From contig NC_043015.1 in the NCBI RefSeq assembly GCF_006345805.1, positions 12,400,001 through 12,464,000 on the forward strand: a stretch of DNA of 64,000 bases. The letters are read 5' to 3'. The notes beneath the pieces are model-generated. The model was not told the origin of the DNA. It made no database searches and saw nothing but the letters and a program-made list of their open reading frames with translations. This document shows positions 22,418-35,632 of the stretch, piece after piece; the first letter of the stretch is position 1; every line of letters begins with the position of its first letter. The position numbers and the translations under genes are program-made. The stretch comes from Octopus sinensis (Eukaryota).

Positions 22418-22629
22418 GGTGGGTGCTGAAAAGATCCTGGCTTTAAGAGTATTGCGAAAGGCCAAGTTGGAGGCCCAACCATCTGAGTTCTTTTACAGGG
22501 CTTAGAAAAACTGAAGGACCACTGCAATAAGTGCGTGAATTTTAGAGGGGAATATGTTGAATAAAATCATAATTAACTGATCTTGTATTTTCTTTTAGTC
22601 AAAGCCAGCAACTTTTCAGCATCCCCTCA
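22418..22629 (+). mobile_element. Mariner-derived MITE; copies at ~39085-39302 and, on -, ~40660-41118 (split by SINEs)
   Basis: TIR-like GGGTGCTGAAAAG.TCCTGGCTT / AAGCCAGCAACTTTTCAGCATCCC. Internal GAGGGGAATATGTTGAATAA reads the mariner C-terminus -GEYVE*. Confidence 0.7.
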
Positions 22630-23783
22630 AATATATCATCAACATCATCATCATTTAACGTCCGCTTTCCATGCTAGCATGGGTTGGACGATTTGACTGA
22701 GGTCTGGCGAACCAGACTCCAATCTGATCTGGCAGTTTCTACAGCTGGATGCCCTTCCTAATGCCAACCACTCCGAGAGTGTAGTGGGTGCTTTTAAGTG
22801 TCACCGGCACGAGGGCCAGTTTGGTGGTACTGGCAACGGCCATGCCCAAATGGTGCTTTTTACGTGCCACCTGCACAGGTGCCAGTCCAGCGGCACTGGC
22901 GACGACCTCACTTGACAGGGGCCAGTCCAGCGGCATTGGTGATGACCTCGCTCAAATATTTTACATGCTACCAGCACAAGTGCTGGTAAGGCGACGCGGT
23001 AACGATCACACTTGAACGGTGTGCTTAACGTGCCATCAGCACGGGGGCCCAGCTTGTTGCTCTGGCAACGATCTCACTCGTATGGTACTCTTTGTGCTCC
23101 ACTAGCAACGGATGCCAGTCACCAAATTTGATTTCGACTTCACTTGCCTCAACTGGTCTTCGCAAGCAGAGTTTATTGTCCAATATATATATATATATAT
23201 TATATATATATATCATCATCATCATCGTTTAGCGTCCGTTTTCCATGCTAGCATGGGTTGGACGGTTCAACTGTGAAGCCAGAAGGCTTCATCAGACCTA
23301 GTCAGATATATATATATATGTGTGTGTGTGTGTATATATATATATGTGTGTAAGCACAGGTGTGGCTGTGTGGTAAGTGGCTTGCTTACCAACCACGTGG
23401 TTCTGGGTTCAGTCCCACTGCGTGGCACCTTGGGCAAGTGTCTTCAACTTTAGCCTCGGGCCAACCAAAGCCTTGTGAGTGGATTTGGTAGATGGAAACT
23501 GAAAGAAGCCTGGCGTATATATGTGTGTGTGTGTGTGTATGTTTGTGTGTCTATGTTTGTCTCCCCACCATCGCTTGACAACCAATGTTGGTGTGTTCAT
23601 ATCCTCGTAACTTAGTGGTTCAGCAAAAGAGACTGATAGAATAAGTACTAGGCTTACAACAAATAAGTACTGGGGTCAATTTGCTCGACTAAAAGTGGTG
23701 CTCCAGCATGGCGACACTCAAATGACTGTAACAAATAAAAGAATAAAATAATATCTACACATACACGCACGCACACACACACA

Positions 23784-23825
<42 letters not shown>

Positions 23826-24127
23826 GCAAGAAAAGCGATGAGTTAAATGCAGGTAATGAAGAGAGTGAAAACATTCTGTAGTGGAGTTCATAAAAATATG
23901 TAATAAATTGTTTCATAAATAAAAATTTTTAGTGCCAGCCATTTTCTCACATAAACTCTTTGAAAATAAATATTAATTTATGTTTACAGTTGATGATAAG
24001 TCCATTGCATTTGTTAAGAATCTTTTTCCAATTTGCAAACAGAATTTCAAGTGTTTTGCAGAAGCAGAGCTTACAGTATCTCCTATTACCATTATAGGGT
24101 TAGGCTTAAGCCAAAAGAGACCATTTA

Positions 24128-24400
24128 CACAGACAAGGTGGGATCAAAAGTTCCCAGACTAGTTCTGTAGCACGGCAACAGTTGGCAGTACACAGCTGCA
24201 TACGCAGGGAGAACTAGCAGTGACTTCCATGAGGCAGTGTGCCAAGGGACATCACTGTGTATACTTCGCAAGTTGAGAAATTTGTATTTTTGTGATCATG
24301 TGTATGCTGTAGTCTGTGTGATATTTGTCATGGACAGCAAGTTGGAGCAAAGAATCGTGAAATTTCATATCAACCTTGGGAAGTCTGCTACAGAGACAGC
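24128..24400 (+). mobile_element. Mariner 5' fragment
   Basis: TIR-like GGTGGGATCAAAAGTTCCCAGACT followed by MDSKLEQRIVKFHINLGKSATET, a degenerate mariner N-terminus. Confidence 0.65.
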
Positions 24401-25422
24401 CTGTTCAGGAAATTGAATTCACTATCTCATGATTGTGAATCCGACACTCTAACCTCTGAGTCATATATATCATCATCATCATTCAACATCCATTTCCCAT
24501 GCTGGCATGGGTTGAGCAGCTTGACCAGATCCAATAAATCCAAGGATTGCATCAAGCTCCAATGTCTGCTTTGGCATGCCTATTAAGACTGGATGTCCTC
24601 CCTAACACCAGACACTTTACAGTGTAATATATATGAGCATGGTAAAGGCAAAGTCGACCTCGGTGGAATTTGAACTCGGAACGTAGCCGTATTTCGTCTG
24701 TCGCTATGTTCCGAGTTCAAATTCCGCCGAGGTCGACTTTGCCTTTCATCCTTTCGGGGTCGATTAAATAAGTACCAGTTACGCACTGGGGTTGATGTAA
24801 TCGACTTAATCTGTTCGTCTGTCTTGTTTGTCCCCTCTGTGTTTAGCCCCTTGTGGGTAGTAAAGAAATAGGTAATTCTACAAATCTCCCTAAGCTTCGC
24901 CAACAGATTTTTTATCATTCAGTAGAGCAAGGCAATTTTAGTAGCTCACTGCTGAAGCTAGTCCTCCAGGCATAACAAGAATATATGACTGAGTATTTGT
25001 GGGAGCTCCTCTATACTGATGTCCTGAATCTGTAGTAGAATTAGAAAATGAATTTCAGGTTTGGAAGCAAAACTGGAATCAAAAGGCTATAAAGTTTTAG
25101 CAGGAAAACAGATAGGATACTTCTCCAATTAGGAAAATGGCCTGACTTGATATGTAGAAAAAATGCTTCCTTCTTGCTTTTGCTCCATGCTCTTGTTTGA
25201 TGGGATTGTGGTCACCCCAGGTTTGTGATACCACAGACATTATTAAATGTAGAGTCATTCAGGTTCACCAGTGCTCTCCATTACTGGTGGTCCTGTGCCA
25301 GCCCCCTCTGCATCCAAAGTGGTGTGGCGCCTTTGGAGATTTTCCTTAATCATGTCCAGTCATCTGATGCAGGGTCTTCCACAAGGCCTCTTCCAGCCCA
25401 CAACTGCTGCATCAAATGAGAG

Positions 25423-26280
25423 TAAAGCCCTAATAGGATGATCTAGCAGGTGACAGTGGACATGTCCATACCAGCACATGTGACAGTACAGACATGTAGA
25501 AAAAGTGGAGGTAGAAATTCCATACAGTGTACCCAGTGCAGACTATGGACATATGTGATGCAGTGGAATCATAGGCAGGTTAACAGAGAGAGTGGTCTTT
25601 ATCTGTGATAAATGTAGAGCAGCAATAGATACTGAGAACCCATAGGAAATAGATTTTGTCAAGAGTCCAGAAGGTTCACTAGAGGTAGTAGACAGCTTCT
25701 ATTATCTAGGTGACCTAATTAGCAGTAGAGAAGTATGTTCTGAAAACATAGTTGCTAGAATAAAAACAAGATGGAGAAAGTTTAGACCTATTACCTCTGT
25801 TTGGTAACTAAAGGCCTGATTTAAAATGACAGCATATAGCTTCTAGCAAATTTTTTAGTTAGATGCTCAACTTTATTTATCATAATTTATCTTACAGATA
25901 TCAAAAATAATATCCAAACTTTAATAGATCACATCAGAAATGCAAATGTTTGAAACACAGACAACATAAAAAACATTAACATGATAGGTCACCTAGATAA
26001 TAGAAGCTGTCTACTACCTCTAGTGAACCTTCTGGACTCTTGACAAAATCTATTTCCTATGGGTTCTCAGTATCTATTGCTGCTCTACATTTGTCACAGA
26101 TAAAGACCACTCTCTCCGTTAACCTTCCTATGATTCCACTGCATCACATATGTCCATAGTCTGCACTGGGTACACTGTATAGAATTTCTACCTCCACTTT
26201 TTCTACATGTCTGTACTGTCACATGTGCTGGTATGGACATGTCCACTGTCACCTGCTAGATCATCCTATTAGAGTTTTAC
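25423..26280. repeat. Near-identical ~295-bp inverted duplication of an RTE-like LINE segment
   Basis: 25423-25717 versus 25986-26280 reverse complement, with about 5 mismatches by eye. Contains SLEVVDSFYYLGDL, an RT-associated motif. Confidence 0.85.
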
Positions 26281-26559
26281 CTGTCCTGCTTTATTGCAGT
26301 ATAATCTAGTATTTCAGAGGGTGTGTGACAAGTCTGTAGTTTCTTTAATTATTTCTATGTAAATGTTGTGTGATGAAAGTTTCCATAATTTAGTACAATA
26401 GTGATATAAAAGAAAACTGGTAAACGTTTGTATCTAAAAATGTTTGCAAGTTTTTTAAATTTCAAAAAAGCAGTGAAACACTGCAAAGTTGTTAAAAGCA
26501 ACAATTGGAACAATATCTTGCTACATTACATGCCACAATAACAACTTCAACCAATATAC

Positions 26560-27350
26560 CAAAGGCAAAACCTTTTCTGGAATAGTCATTAAAATGATCA
26601 CAAGACAAAAACACCCTCTATGATTTTGGCCCTTCATTCCATTACACATCACAAAAGCAACAGGGAAATCAGTAAACTCAAGCAACGAGAATATCTCAAA
26701 CATACAAATAAAATCAGAAGGAATAATTGTATTAACCAGCAATTTGAGTCATTGTCAAACATTTTCATGATTAAAGATGAGAGTAATTGAAGTGGAGGAT
26801 GTGTCAGAAGAAGAAAATGGCAATTTATGAAAGATATCGCAGTGCATACAACCCTCAAGAGTAATCTCTCTTATTCTGCTAATTATCAAATTATTTCTCA
26901 CACTTCCAACATTTCAAAGATCAAGGAAATTGTTATTAACAATCACCTTTATTAAAACCTAGAATCTCCCTCCTCAGTTATCACCAGTAAAGCTTCCATA
27001 TAGCAAGATCTGGAAAGCCAGTTATTAGTGGGTCCTTGATCTTGAGAATTTCAGTGAAAGCAGTGAAGCAGTGTCTGCAATTGACATAAGTAAAGCATTT
27101 GACAGTGTCATGTATCTCTTGACTAAGCTACCTGCCTGTGAGCTTCGTTTGTCTCTTACATTGGAAGATTCATTTCTAACCATGTCACTGCAGAATATGC
27201 TGATGGGTTTCTGTCTGACCAGCATGTTACTATCTATGATGTACTCTGAGATTATGTCCCTTGACTCACATCATCCTGTATATAGAGTAGCCGTCACCTC
27301 TAGCACCACCCACTCCTGTGCAGATGCTGCTGTTCTTCATTCTTAGCTGA
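26560..27350 (+). mobile_element. Highly degenerate LINE remnant
   Basis: AIDISKAFDSV RT motif at ~27075 in an otherwise broken frame. Confidence 0.5.
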
Positions 27351-29208
27351 CTTTCACATGTGTGCATTATCCATATGAAATCTAAGCATCTCACATTAAA
27401 TTTGCATTGCCTCCATAAACAGAAACCTCAAAAATATTCTTTTTAAGCACAAACATAAAATCATATAAATAACCATATACTTCACCCTCATAATTCTTGG
27501 ACAAAAAAATTAAAACTCTCAAAAATCACTAATTTTTCTCCTTGAATAAAAATTACATATTCTTGTTAGGTGTTCCTAAGAAGCATTTAAATGCTACATG
27601 AAAATTTTAGGAATCAATTATCAATTTTAGTACGCTGTCAATTTAATTGAACATCTGAGCTTGATGGAGTACCTATTAACAAGGCAAGCCGGTTTATTGA
27701 TAAACTTGAAAGTCTGTTGTCACCATTTATAGACACATGACTGCAGGATAAAATTCCTCAACTTGAGATTTCCACTCCAGCAGCTATAGTGTGTTTTAAA
27801 AGGTGAGTTAAATGTTCAGTTTCAGGGTAAATAATGCACAAGGACAATTTTGGTAAATATTTAATGTATCTAAGATTTTATAACTAGCATCTATCTACAG
27901 AAAATGTAACAAATAGTGAAAGAAAGAAATCTCTTCATGTGTCACAACAATTAGAAATTAGGAAATATCACTGATTTCTCTTGCTTTAACACAGTAGTTC
28001 CCAAAGTAGGTGGTACTGCCCACTGTGGGTGGTGGAAAGATTTAAATCCTTAACTAGTTAACAAATTCTAATAATTTTTAAAACGGTACACATTCAGAAT
28101 TTCTACAGGAGGGAGAGGACTATCAGATGTAAGCATAGGAGTATGAAGAAGAATAAGACAGTTTTGATCTATTTTGTGTTTTCGTGAACTACAGTTGGCC
28201 TATTTACTACTCCAGTTTGGATTGACTTTATATCACAAGTAACCAGCATAGCATGATGCAAGTTATATCTGCAAGGAGCTAGATCTCTAGAAGAAACCTT
28301 ATCTTTCTTATTATTTATGAACCTGAAATGAGCATAATTGGGATAAGCCTCTAAAAGTTCTTTGGTTTCCCCTAGCAATTTGAATTTTGAATTAGGTAAA
28401 TGATAATGCAGATAAACCTTAGCAAGTTCAGAAAGTCAAATAAAGAGCATTGATCCAATAGGAGGTATTTTCGTGAGGTATCTCATTAATAGCTGTACAT
28501 AGCTATTACATTCAAAGGTTAATTTTATATAATTTCAGGTAATCCCATCATACTATACTCACTGCAATTACTATAATGGATTGATAGGGATTGTATGTCT
28601 TGAAGAAACCCACGGTTATTTAGTAATTGTTTTAATCTGAGAACTACTAGAATGCTGTTATTTATTTATTCAGATAAGATCAGGCTTCATTAGTTTCTAA
28701 GAGATTAAGACAATTGCTAAATAACCATGGATTTCTGCAAGGATACAAATACTTTTACTGTTAGAAAGTGTCTAAATCGTCCCAACATAGATAGGTGAAT
28801 GAAAACAAGAAATATCAATGATTATAGTAAGTACACATATATATATAGTTGAAGGATTAGAACAAAGAAGAGGTTTTTTTAAATATCAAACATTCAAAGT
28901 AGCTTTCGAATGATAAAAGTTTTAAGATCACCATTTAATGTCCATTGTCCATACTCATATGGTTTGGACGGTTTGACCAAGGCTGGTATGCTGGAAGGCT
29001 GCACTAGACTCCAGTCTAATTTGGCATGGTTTTCTATGGTTGTATCCCCTTCCTAATGCCAACCACTCTGTGAGTGTAATGGGCACTTTTACGTGCCACC
29101 AGAACAGGTGTCATTTGCATAACACCAGTATTTTCCATGACTACGATTTTCCTTGGCTTAAAGGGTCTTCTTCTCAAGCATGACATAATGTCAATGGTCT
29201 CAGTCATT

Positions 29209-29362
29209 GCCTCCATGAGGTCCAACACTCGAAAGGAACTCAGCCACTTTGCCTCTGTGAGGCCCAACTCTTGAAAGGAACTCAGCCAGTTTGCCTCAGT
29301 GAAGCCGAACACTCAAAAGGAACTCAACCACTTTGCCTTCATGAGGCCCAACACTCAAAAGG
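29209..29362 (+). repeat. 42-bp minisatellite, ~3.7 copies
   Basis: Units start at 29209, 29251, 29293 and 29335 (GCCTCYRTGAGGCCCAACACTCRAAAGGAACTCAGCCACTTT). Confidence 0.9.
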
Positions 29363-30639
29363 TGCTCTTTATGTGTCACTAGCACAGGTGCCAGTTATGT
29401 GATGCCAGTATCAGCCATGACTATGATTTCACTTGGCTTCACAGGTCTTCTTAAGCACAGCATACCACCAATGGTGTCTGTCACCAGTCATTGCCTCTGT
29501 GAGGCTCAAAGTTCAAAGATCATGCTTCACCACTTCGTCCCATGAATTCCTGGGTCTACCACTACCAGAGGTTCCCTCCACAATTAGAGAGTAGCACTGC
29601 TTTACATGCAAGCTGTCCTCCATATGCACCACATGATCATACCAGCGCAGTCAGCTCTCTTGCTCACCGCATGTGATGCCTCTTATGCTTAACTTTGCCC
29701 TCAAGATGCTTATATTCTGTCGAACATGCACACTGACATTGCACATTCAGTGAAGCATACTGGCTCATTTCTTTCAAGCCTACACATGTCCTTGGCTGTC
29801 CCAGACCATATTTAATTTTATTACATACATACCAATTGATACATAGATTATATACTTTAAAAAATGAACCACTTTGGTATACTAAAATGTACTGAGGAAT
29901 AAATGTTGCTTGGTATAAAACCAGTTATAACTAAATTTAGTGATCATAAAAAAAAAATGTTAATTTTTATTATTTTATAAAGCACCATTCAGGCATGGTC
30001 CTTGCCAGTACTACCTGACTGGCCCTCATGCTGGTGGCACATAAAAAGCACCCACTACACTCTCGGAGTTGTTGGCATTAGGAAGGGCATCCAGCTTGCC
30101 AGAACAGACTGGTGCAGCTTCCTGGCTTACCAGTCCTCAGTCAAACCATCCAGCCCATGCCAGCATGGAAAGCAGACATTAAACAATGATGATGATGATG
30201 ATATATAATATATTGCTAAATCATTGAAAGTTTAGGTAAACTTCACCACTCACTCACTCTCTCTCTCTCTCTCTCTCACTCTCCCCACACAAAAATGAAA
30301 TGTGATTTTGGCACCAAAAATTGCAAAGGGAAACTGCTTTAGTGTTTCAAATCTATTCTGCAATCTGGGATTAAGGAATGAAAAATATATTTTTGTTTTA
30401 ATACTATACTTTTAGTTGTTTCATACACATACACAAACTAACGTGTGTTTTTTGTTTTATCCTTCTTTATCTCTCCACTGACTTCTATAACCTCTGCATT
30501 TTCACTTATTCATTTCAAACATCTTTGAATTTTCAATCTAATGTAGTCCAAACTCTCTTGAAAACGTATTTCTGCAAAATGTAATCTAAAACTATGGGTA
30601 AAGAAATAAAGAGCAAAAAAATTTGAAAGTTGGGTGGGG

Positions 30640-31410
30640 GCAGGTTTTCACCGCATCCCAGCCCGTTTTTCGAACCAAAAAAGGGTTTTGTGACATATTA
30701 GGTCACCTATTTCTTTACTACACACAAGGGGCTAAACACAGAGAGGACAAACAAGGACAGACAAACGGATTAAGTCGATTGTAACGACCCCAGTGCACAA
30801 CTGGTACTTATTTAATCGACCCCGAAAGGATGACAGGCAAAGTTGACCTCGGCGGAATTTGAACTCAGAACGTAGCGGCAAACGAAATACGGTTACGCCT
30901 TTCGCCCGGCATGCTAACGTTTCTGTCAGCTCGCCGCCATATTAGTTCACCGGAATTCGTTCACTAAAAAAAAAAAATTTTTCCAATGATTCCGGGGAGG
31001 GGGGGCAGTTTCCACCCATCCTTTTTACCGATCAAAAATAAGGGGTTTGCAGCACATTAGGAAGTCAGGGTACTTGATTCCACGCAAAAATCCGAAGGTT
31101 TTTTTTTTTAGTGAAAATCGTCCGGTTGTACTTCCCAATGGGGATGGGGATTGAAATTTCTGAGGCTTCCACCCCACCCCACCCCGTTTTTCGAACAAAA
31201 AAATGGGTTTTGTGGTATATTAGAAGGTCACCGGAATTCATTCAGCGTAAGAAAAAAAAAATTCCAATGATTCCTGGATGATGGGGGGTGGTTTCCCACC
31301 CACCATTTTTCCGAGCAAAAATAAGGGGTTTACAGCATATTAGGAGGTCGGAGTACTTGATTCTACACACAAAAAAATCCGACTTTTACTTTTTCTTAGT
31401 GAAAATCGTG
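30640..31410 (+). repeat. Tandem duplication of a ~260-bp unit; the first copy is interrupted by a family C SINE (30708-30938) with an imperfect 13-bp TSD
   Basis: CCCGTTTTTCGAAC...GTCACCGGAATTC...ATAAGGGGTTT...GTACTTGATTC...TTAGTGAAAATCGT occurs twice. ATATTAGGTCACC / ATATTAGTTCACC flank the SINE. Confidence 0.75.
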
Positions 31411-32520
31411 CGAGTGAACGTATCAAAATTTTCCGCAAAATCTCCCGGAAGGTGAGTTCAAATAGGAAACAAAGGTAAGGGAAATAACTCCAAGGAGATC
31501 AATTACAAATTTTGAGTAATACAATTTGTGTAAATTGTGTGCGTGTGAAAGTAGGCGCATGCGTTGCTATATTGTAAGAAGATTGCTTCCCAACCACATG
31601 ATTCGAGATTCAGTCCCACTCCGTGGCACCTAGGGCAGGTAACTTCTGCTATAGTCCCGGGTCGACTAAAGCCTTGTGAGTGCATTTGACAGACGGAAGC
31701 TGAAAAATGCCCGTCGTACACACGTATATGCAGAGTAGTTGGTGGAGGTTCGTTTCTCATAAGTCCGTAGATGAGATTTGAGCCCAGCAAAAGAAAGGCA
31801 TGGTCTGTCACAAATCGTGCGCACAAAACGGTTGCTGAGATTCACCGTCTCAATCGCAACATTCTTCTTTAAATCTTTCTTCAGTCTTGCATGTGTCATC
31901 TTGACCTCCCCAAAAGCTTTCACTCCACTCCATCCTTTTGTTCGCCATCCAACTCGATCCGAAGCAACGGTTTCTACAGCTTTTGGATCCATTCCAAGTG
32001 ACTTCGTGGTAGTCTGCCTATATATCTGTGCACACCTTTCAAGGCCGTGTATGCCATAAGGTCTGCAAATCTAAAAGAGGCTTCAAAAGACATTTTAAGT
32101 TCCACAAGGATCAGAACTTAAATGCAGTTCTTGGCGGTCCAAATCAGATATATGCAATCTATGTGGGTGTCTTTTCAATACATTGGCTGGTTTTAAAAGC
32201 CAGATCAGACGCCATAATTGATTTTAGGTGAAAGTACAAGAGGTGGTCAGACTCTGCATAAGATTAGACAACCACCATGTGTGTGTGTGTGTGTGTGATA
32301 TGCTATGAGTGTGTGTCTTTGTGTTTGTCTAGCCACCATCGCTTGACAACCGGTGTTGGTGTGTTTTCGTCACCACAACTTAGCGGTTCGGCAAAGAGAC
32401 CGATAGAATAAGTATTAGGCTTAAAAATAAGTCCTGTGGTCGAATCATTCGACACGAACACTTCAAAACAGTGCTCTAGCATAGCCGCAGTCAAATGATT
32501 GAAACAAGTAAAGTATATAT

Positions 32521-34075
32521 AATAATAATGAAATTATTGTATACAGTGCTCAGGTGCACCACAACCTGTCAAAAGTGCTTATAAAGCGTATGCAGTAATG
32601 TACAAATGTCTGGAAAGTGAACAGTGTTTGAGTCAGATACATGCTTGCGTGCGTATGGAGGGGAGAAAATCAGTGTTGGCAAAACTAAGGAAGCATGAAA
32701 GTTTTAAAGGACAACTAACAACTGATGCCGGCAGTTTGTTCCATACTTCAGCAACTCTTAGCGTGAAAAATGTTTCCGAAAGTCATGGGAGCTGTGCTGT
32801 TTTCTGACTTTGTAAACATGTCAACGGGTGTTAGACAGTTGGTGTTTGAAAAGGTGCTCAGAGTTATTGTTTGTAAGATGGTTAATAATTTTATGGGTGT
32901 CTGCCAGACGTCGGAGTTTCAATGTATCCATGCCCAAGGAAGTAAGGTGTTCAGAATATGGCAAATGCCTGATGGAGGATATCCTCTTGGTTGCACGTCG
33001 CTGAACGGTTTCCAGGCGATTAATATCTTGGGCAAGATAGGGGTTCCAGACCGGTGATGCATATTCCAGGTGAGGCCGTGCCATAGCTATATAAAGCCTC
33101 AGATAGATAACCGGAGAACGACTCACAAAGGACTTGGTAAGTGATGCCAAGGCACCCTCAGCCTTCTTGGCAATTTTAGTAATGTGTTGTGTCCAACGCA
33201 AATCGCTGTCGACAATAATGCCCAGGTCATGTTCACAAGAAGGCATTTTGAGATTAGTGCTGCGGAGGGAGTAAGTAGACGCTGGGGTTTTCCTCCCAAA
33301 ATGCATGGTGGTACATTTGTCCACAGCCAGCTTGAGTTGCCAGTCCATGATCCACTGCTGCATTGTGTCCAGGTCTGATTGCAATAAAGATCTGTAGTGT
33401 ACAGGATCTGTCCTCTTTATTTCGAGATACAGCTTAATGTCATCTGCATATTTCAGCACTGTGGTATTCTTCAAGTTCTATGTCGTTAACATATGCAATA
33501 AATAAAAGGGGGCTAAGAACAGATTATTGTGGTACACCAGATGTCATCTCATAGGGTGAAGAGTGCTGTCCTAGAACTGTGACAACCTCTTTTCAGCCGA
33601 TAATGAAGGACTTCAACCAGTTATAGAGATCATCTCTTACACCGATTGCAGAGAGTTTCACCATAAGTCTTTTGTGTGGCCCAGAATTAAAAGCCTTAGC
33701 AAAGTCTAGGTAAACAACATCCACCCAGGAGCCACCATCAGTGATTCGGGTAATGTCCACAAAAAACTCGATGAGTTGATTACAGCAGCTGGAGTTAGGA
33801 ATAAATTCAAATTGTGACAGCTGGATGATGCTGTGAGACTTCCAGAAGTTCCAGAGAGTTTCTCTAAAACAGGATTCCATCAGTTTGGCGATGCAGCTAA
33901 TAAGACTGATGGGGCGATAGTTGACAGGCGATGTGCGGTCACCTTTTTTGAACAGAGGGATAACACTGGCAGTTTTCCAATGCTCTGGAGTAACACCATT
34001 GTCAAGACAGAATTGAAAGAATAGTGAAAGTTGGTTTAGAAGAAAGTACCCATCGAGACCAGGAGAGGCATAGTT
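32521..34075 (-). mobile_element. 5'-truncated CR1-type LINE (RT and C-terminus, frameshifted)
   Basis: VVYLDFAKAF, LKYADDIKLY, RPHLEYASPVWNPY, LETVQRRATKRI; (ATT)n-like 3' tail at ~32521. Confidence 0.9.
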
Positions 34076-34151
34076 ACGTTTATATATACATGTACACGTG
34101 TGTGCGCGCGTGTGTGTGTAGTTGAAAAAAGATTAGAGGTATATACAAAAC

Positions 34152-34589
34152 AAATTTTGGCGATCTTTCGTCTCTAGTAGACCTTTCCGTCGATTTCCGT
34201 AAAAAAATTTTTTTTTACATATGGGCTTGCGGGAACATTTGAAGTAATGAGAGCGAAAGAGACTAAGAGAAAGCGATTGTATGACGAGGGAAGTTCTTTT
34301 GAAGTTACCGTGCATGGGAGCATTGATGTATATGTGTGTGTGTGTGTGTGTGTGTTTGATGGGGTGTGGGAGACAGACAGTATGTTGTGTAAGTGAAGTG
34401 CTTCTGTTAGTGTGTGTGAAGAGACAGAGTAATGTGTGAAAGAAAGAGATAACTGAAATTTTTTACTCGGTGTATGTGTATATGTATGTATATTACTTCA
34501 AAAGTTCCCGCAAGCCCATATATATAAAAAATTTTTTTTTACGGAAATCGACGGAAAGGTCTACTAGAGACGAAAGATCGCCCAAATTT
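34152..34589. mobile_element. MITE with ~60-bp TIRs
   Basis: GGCGATCTTTCGTCTCTAGTAGACCTTTCCGTCGATTTCCGTAAAAAAA versus TTTTTTTACGGAAATCGACGGAAAGGTCTACTAGAGACGAAAGATCGCC. Confidence 0.85.
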
Positions 34590-35632
34590 TTATATATAAA
34601 AGTTGGAGGTGGAAACATCACAGAAATAAATCTAAGACATTTCAATTTTGAATGGATTTAATAAAATGATTTTAAAATTATATAAAGAATATATAGAATA
34701 TTACTGGTTTGATGATGAATTTCATCTTATCAAATAGTAGTAAGAATTTATAAAAATTTGAAGTAAAAACGGTTTATCTTCTGTTTAGGGATCAGATACA
34801 TGTCTGGAGGTTTTTCGTTGAAATCTTCTTTAAATATAGTTTGGTATAGAGTTCAAGGGGTTAGAGAGAAAGAGAGGGGGTGTAGTTGTCTGTTGTCTAA
34901 AAAAAAATCCTGCGTGTTCCTGCCAAAGGAATGGCTTAAAAGCATTTACTGAATGGATTTTATGTCCACCTGTGTGTGTGTGTGGTGTGTGTGTTTGATG
35001 GGGTGTGGGAGACAGACAGTATGTTGTGTAAGTGAAGTGCTTCTGTTAGTGTGTGTGAAGAGACAGAGTAATGTGTGAAAGAAAGAGATAACTGAAATTT
35101 TTTACTCGGTGTATGTGTATATGTATGTATATTACTTCAAAAGTTCCCGCAAGCCCATATATATAAAAAATTTTTTTTTACGGAAATCGACGGAAAGGTC
35201 TACTAGAGACGAAAGATCGCCCAAATTTTTATATATAAAAGTTGGAGGTGGAAACATCACAGAAATAAATCTAAGACATTTCAATTTTGAATGGATTTAA
35301 TAAAATGATTTTAAAATTATATAAAGAATATATAGAATATTACTGGTTTGATGATGAATTTCATCTTATCAAATAGTAGTAAGAATTTATAAAAATTTGA
35401 AGTAAAAACGGTTTATCTTCTGTTTAGGGATCAGATACATGTCTGGAGGTTTTTCGTTGAAATCTTCTTTAAATATAGTTTGGTATAGAGTTCAAGGGGT
35501 TAGAGAGAAAGAGAGGGGGTGTAGTTGTCTGTTGTCTAAAAAAAAATCCTGCGTGTTCCTGCCAAAGGAATGGCTTAAAAGCATTTACTGAATGGATTTT
35601 ATGTCCACCTGTGTGTGTGTGTGTGTGTGTGT
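34355..35632 (+). repeat. Exact 639-bp tandem duplication bounded by (TG)n
   Basis: TTTGATGGGG at 34355 and 34994; identical ORFs at 34470 and 35109. Confidence 0.92.

Noticed and set aside
16500-28400. Scattered possible - strand exons (e.g. ~28320-28200, ~20660-20585 VAKRRNNINKFNIERFL..., ~18705-18650 FTEVMEVVWGTIASWLKQ, ~16655-16560) and 37120-37013 of a gene divergent from UBE3C
   Set aside because: Individually plausible splice signals, but I could not build a phase-consistent chain from a start codon or recognise any protein. RNA-seq is needed.
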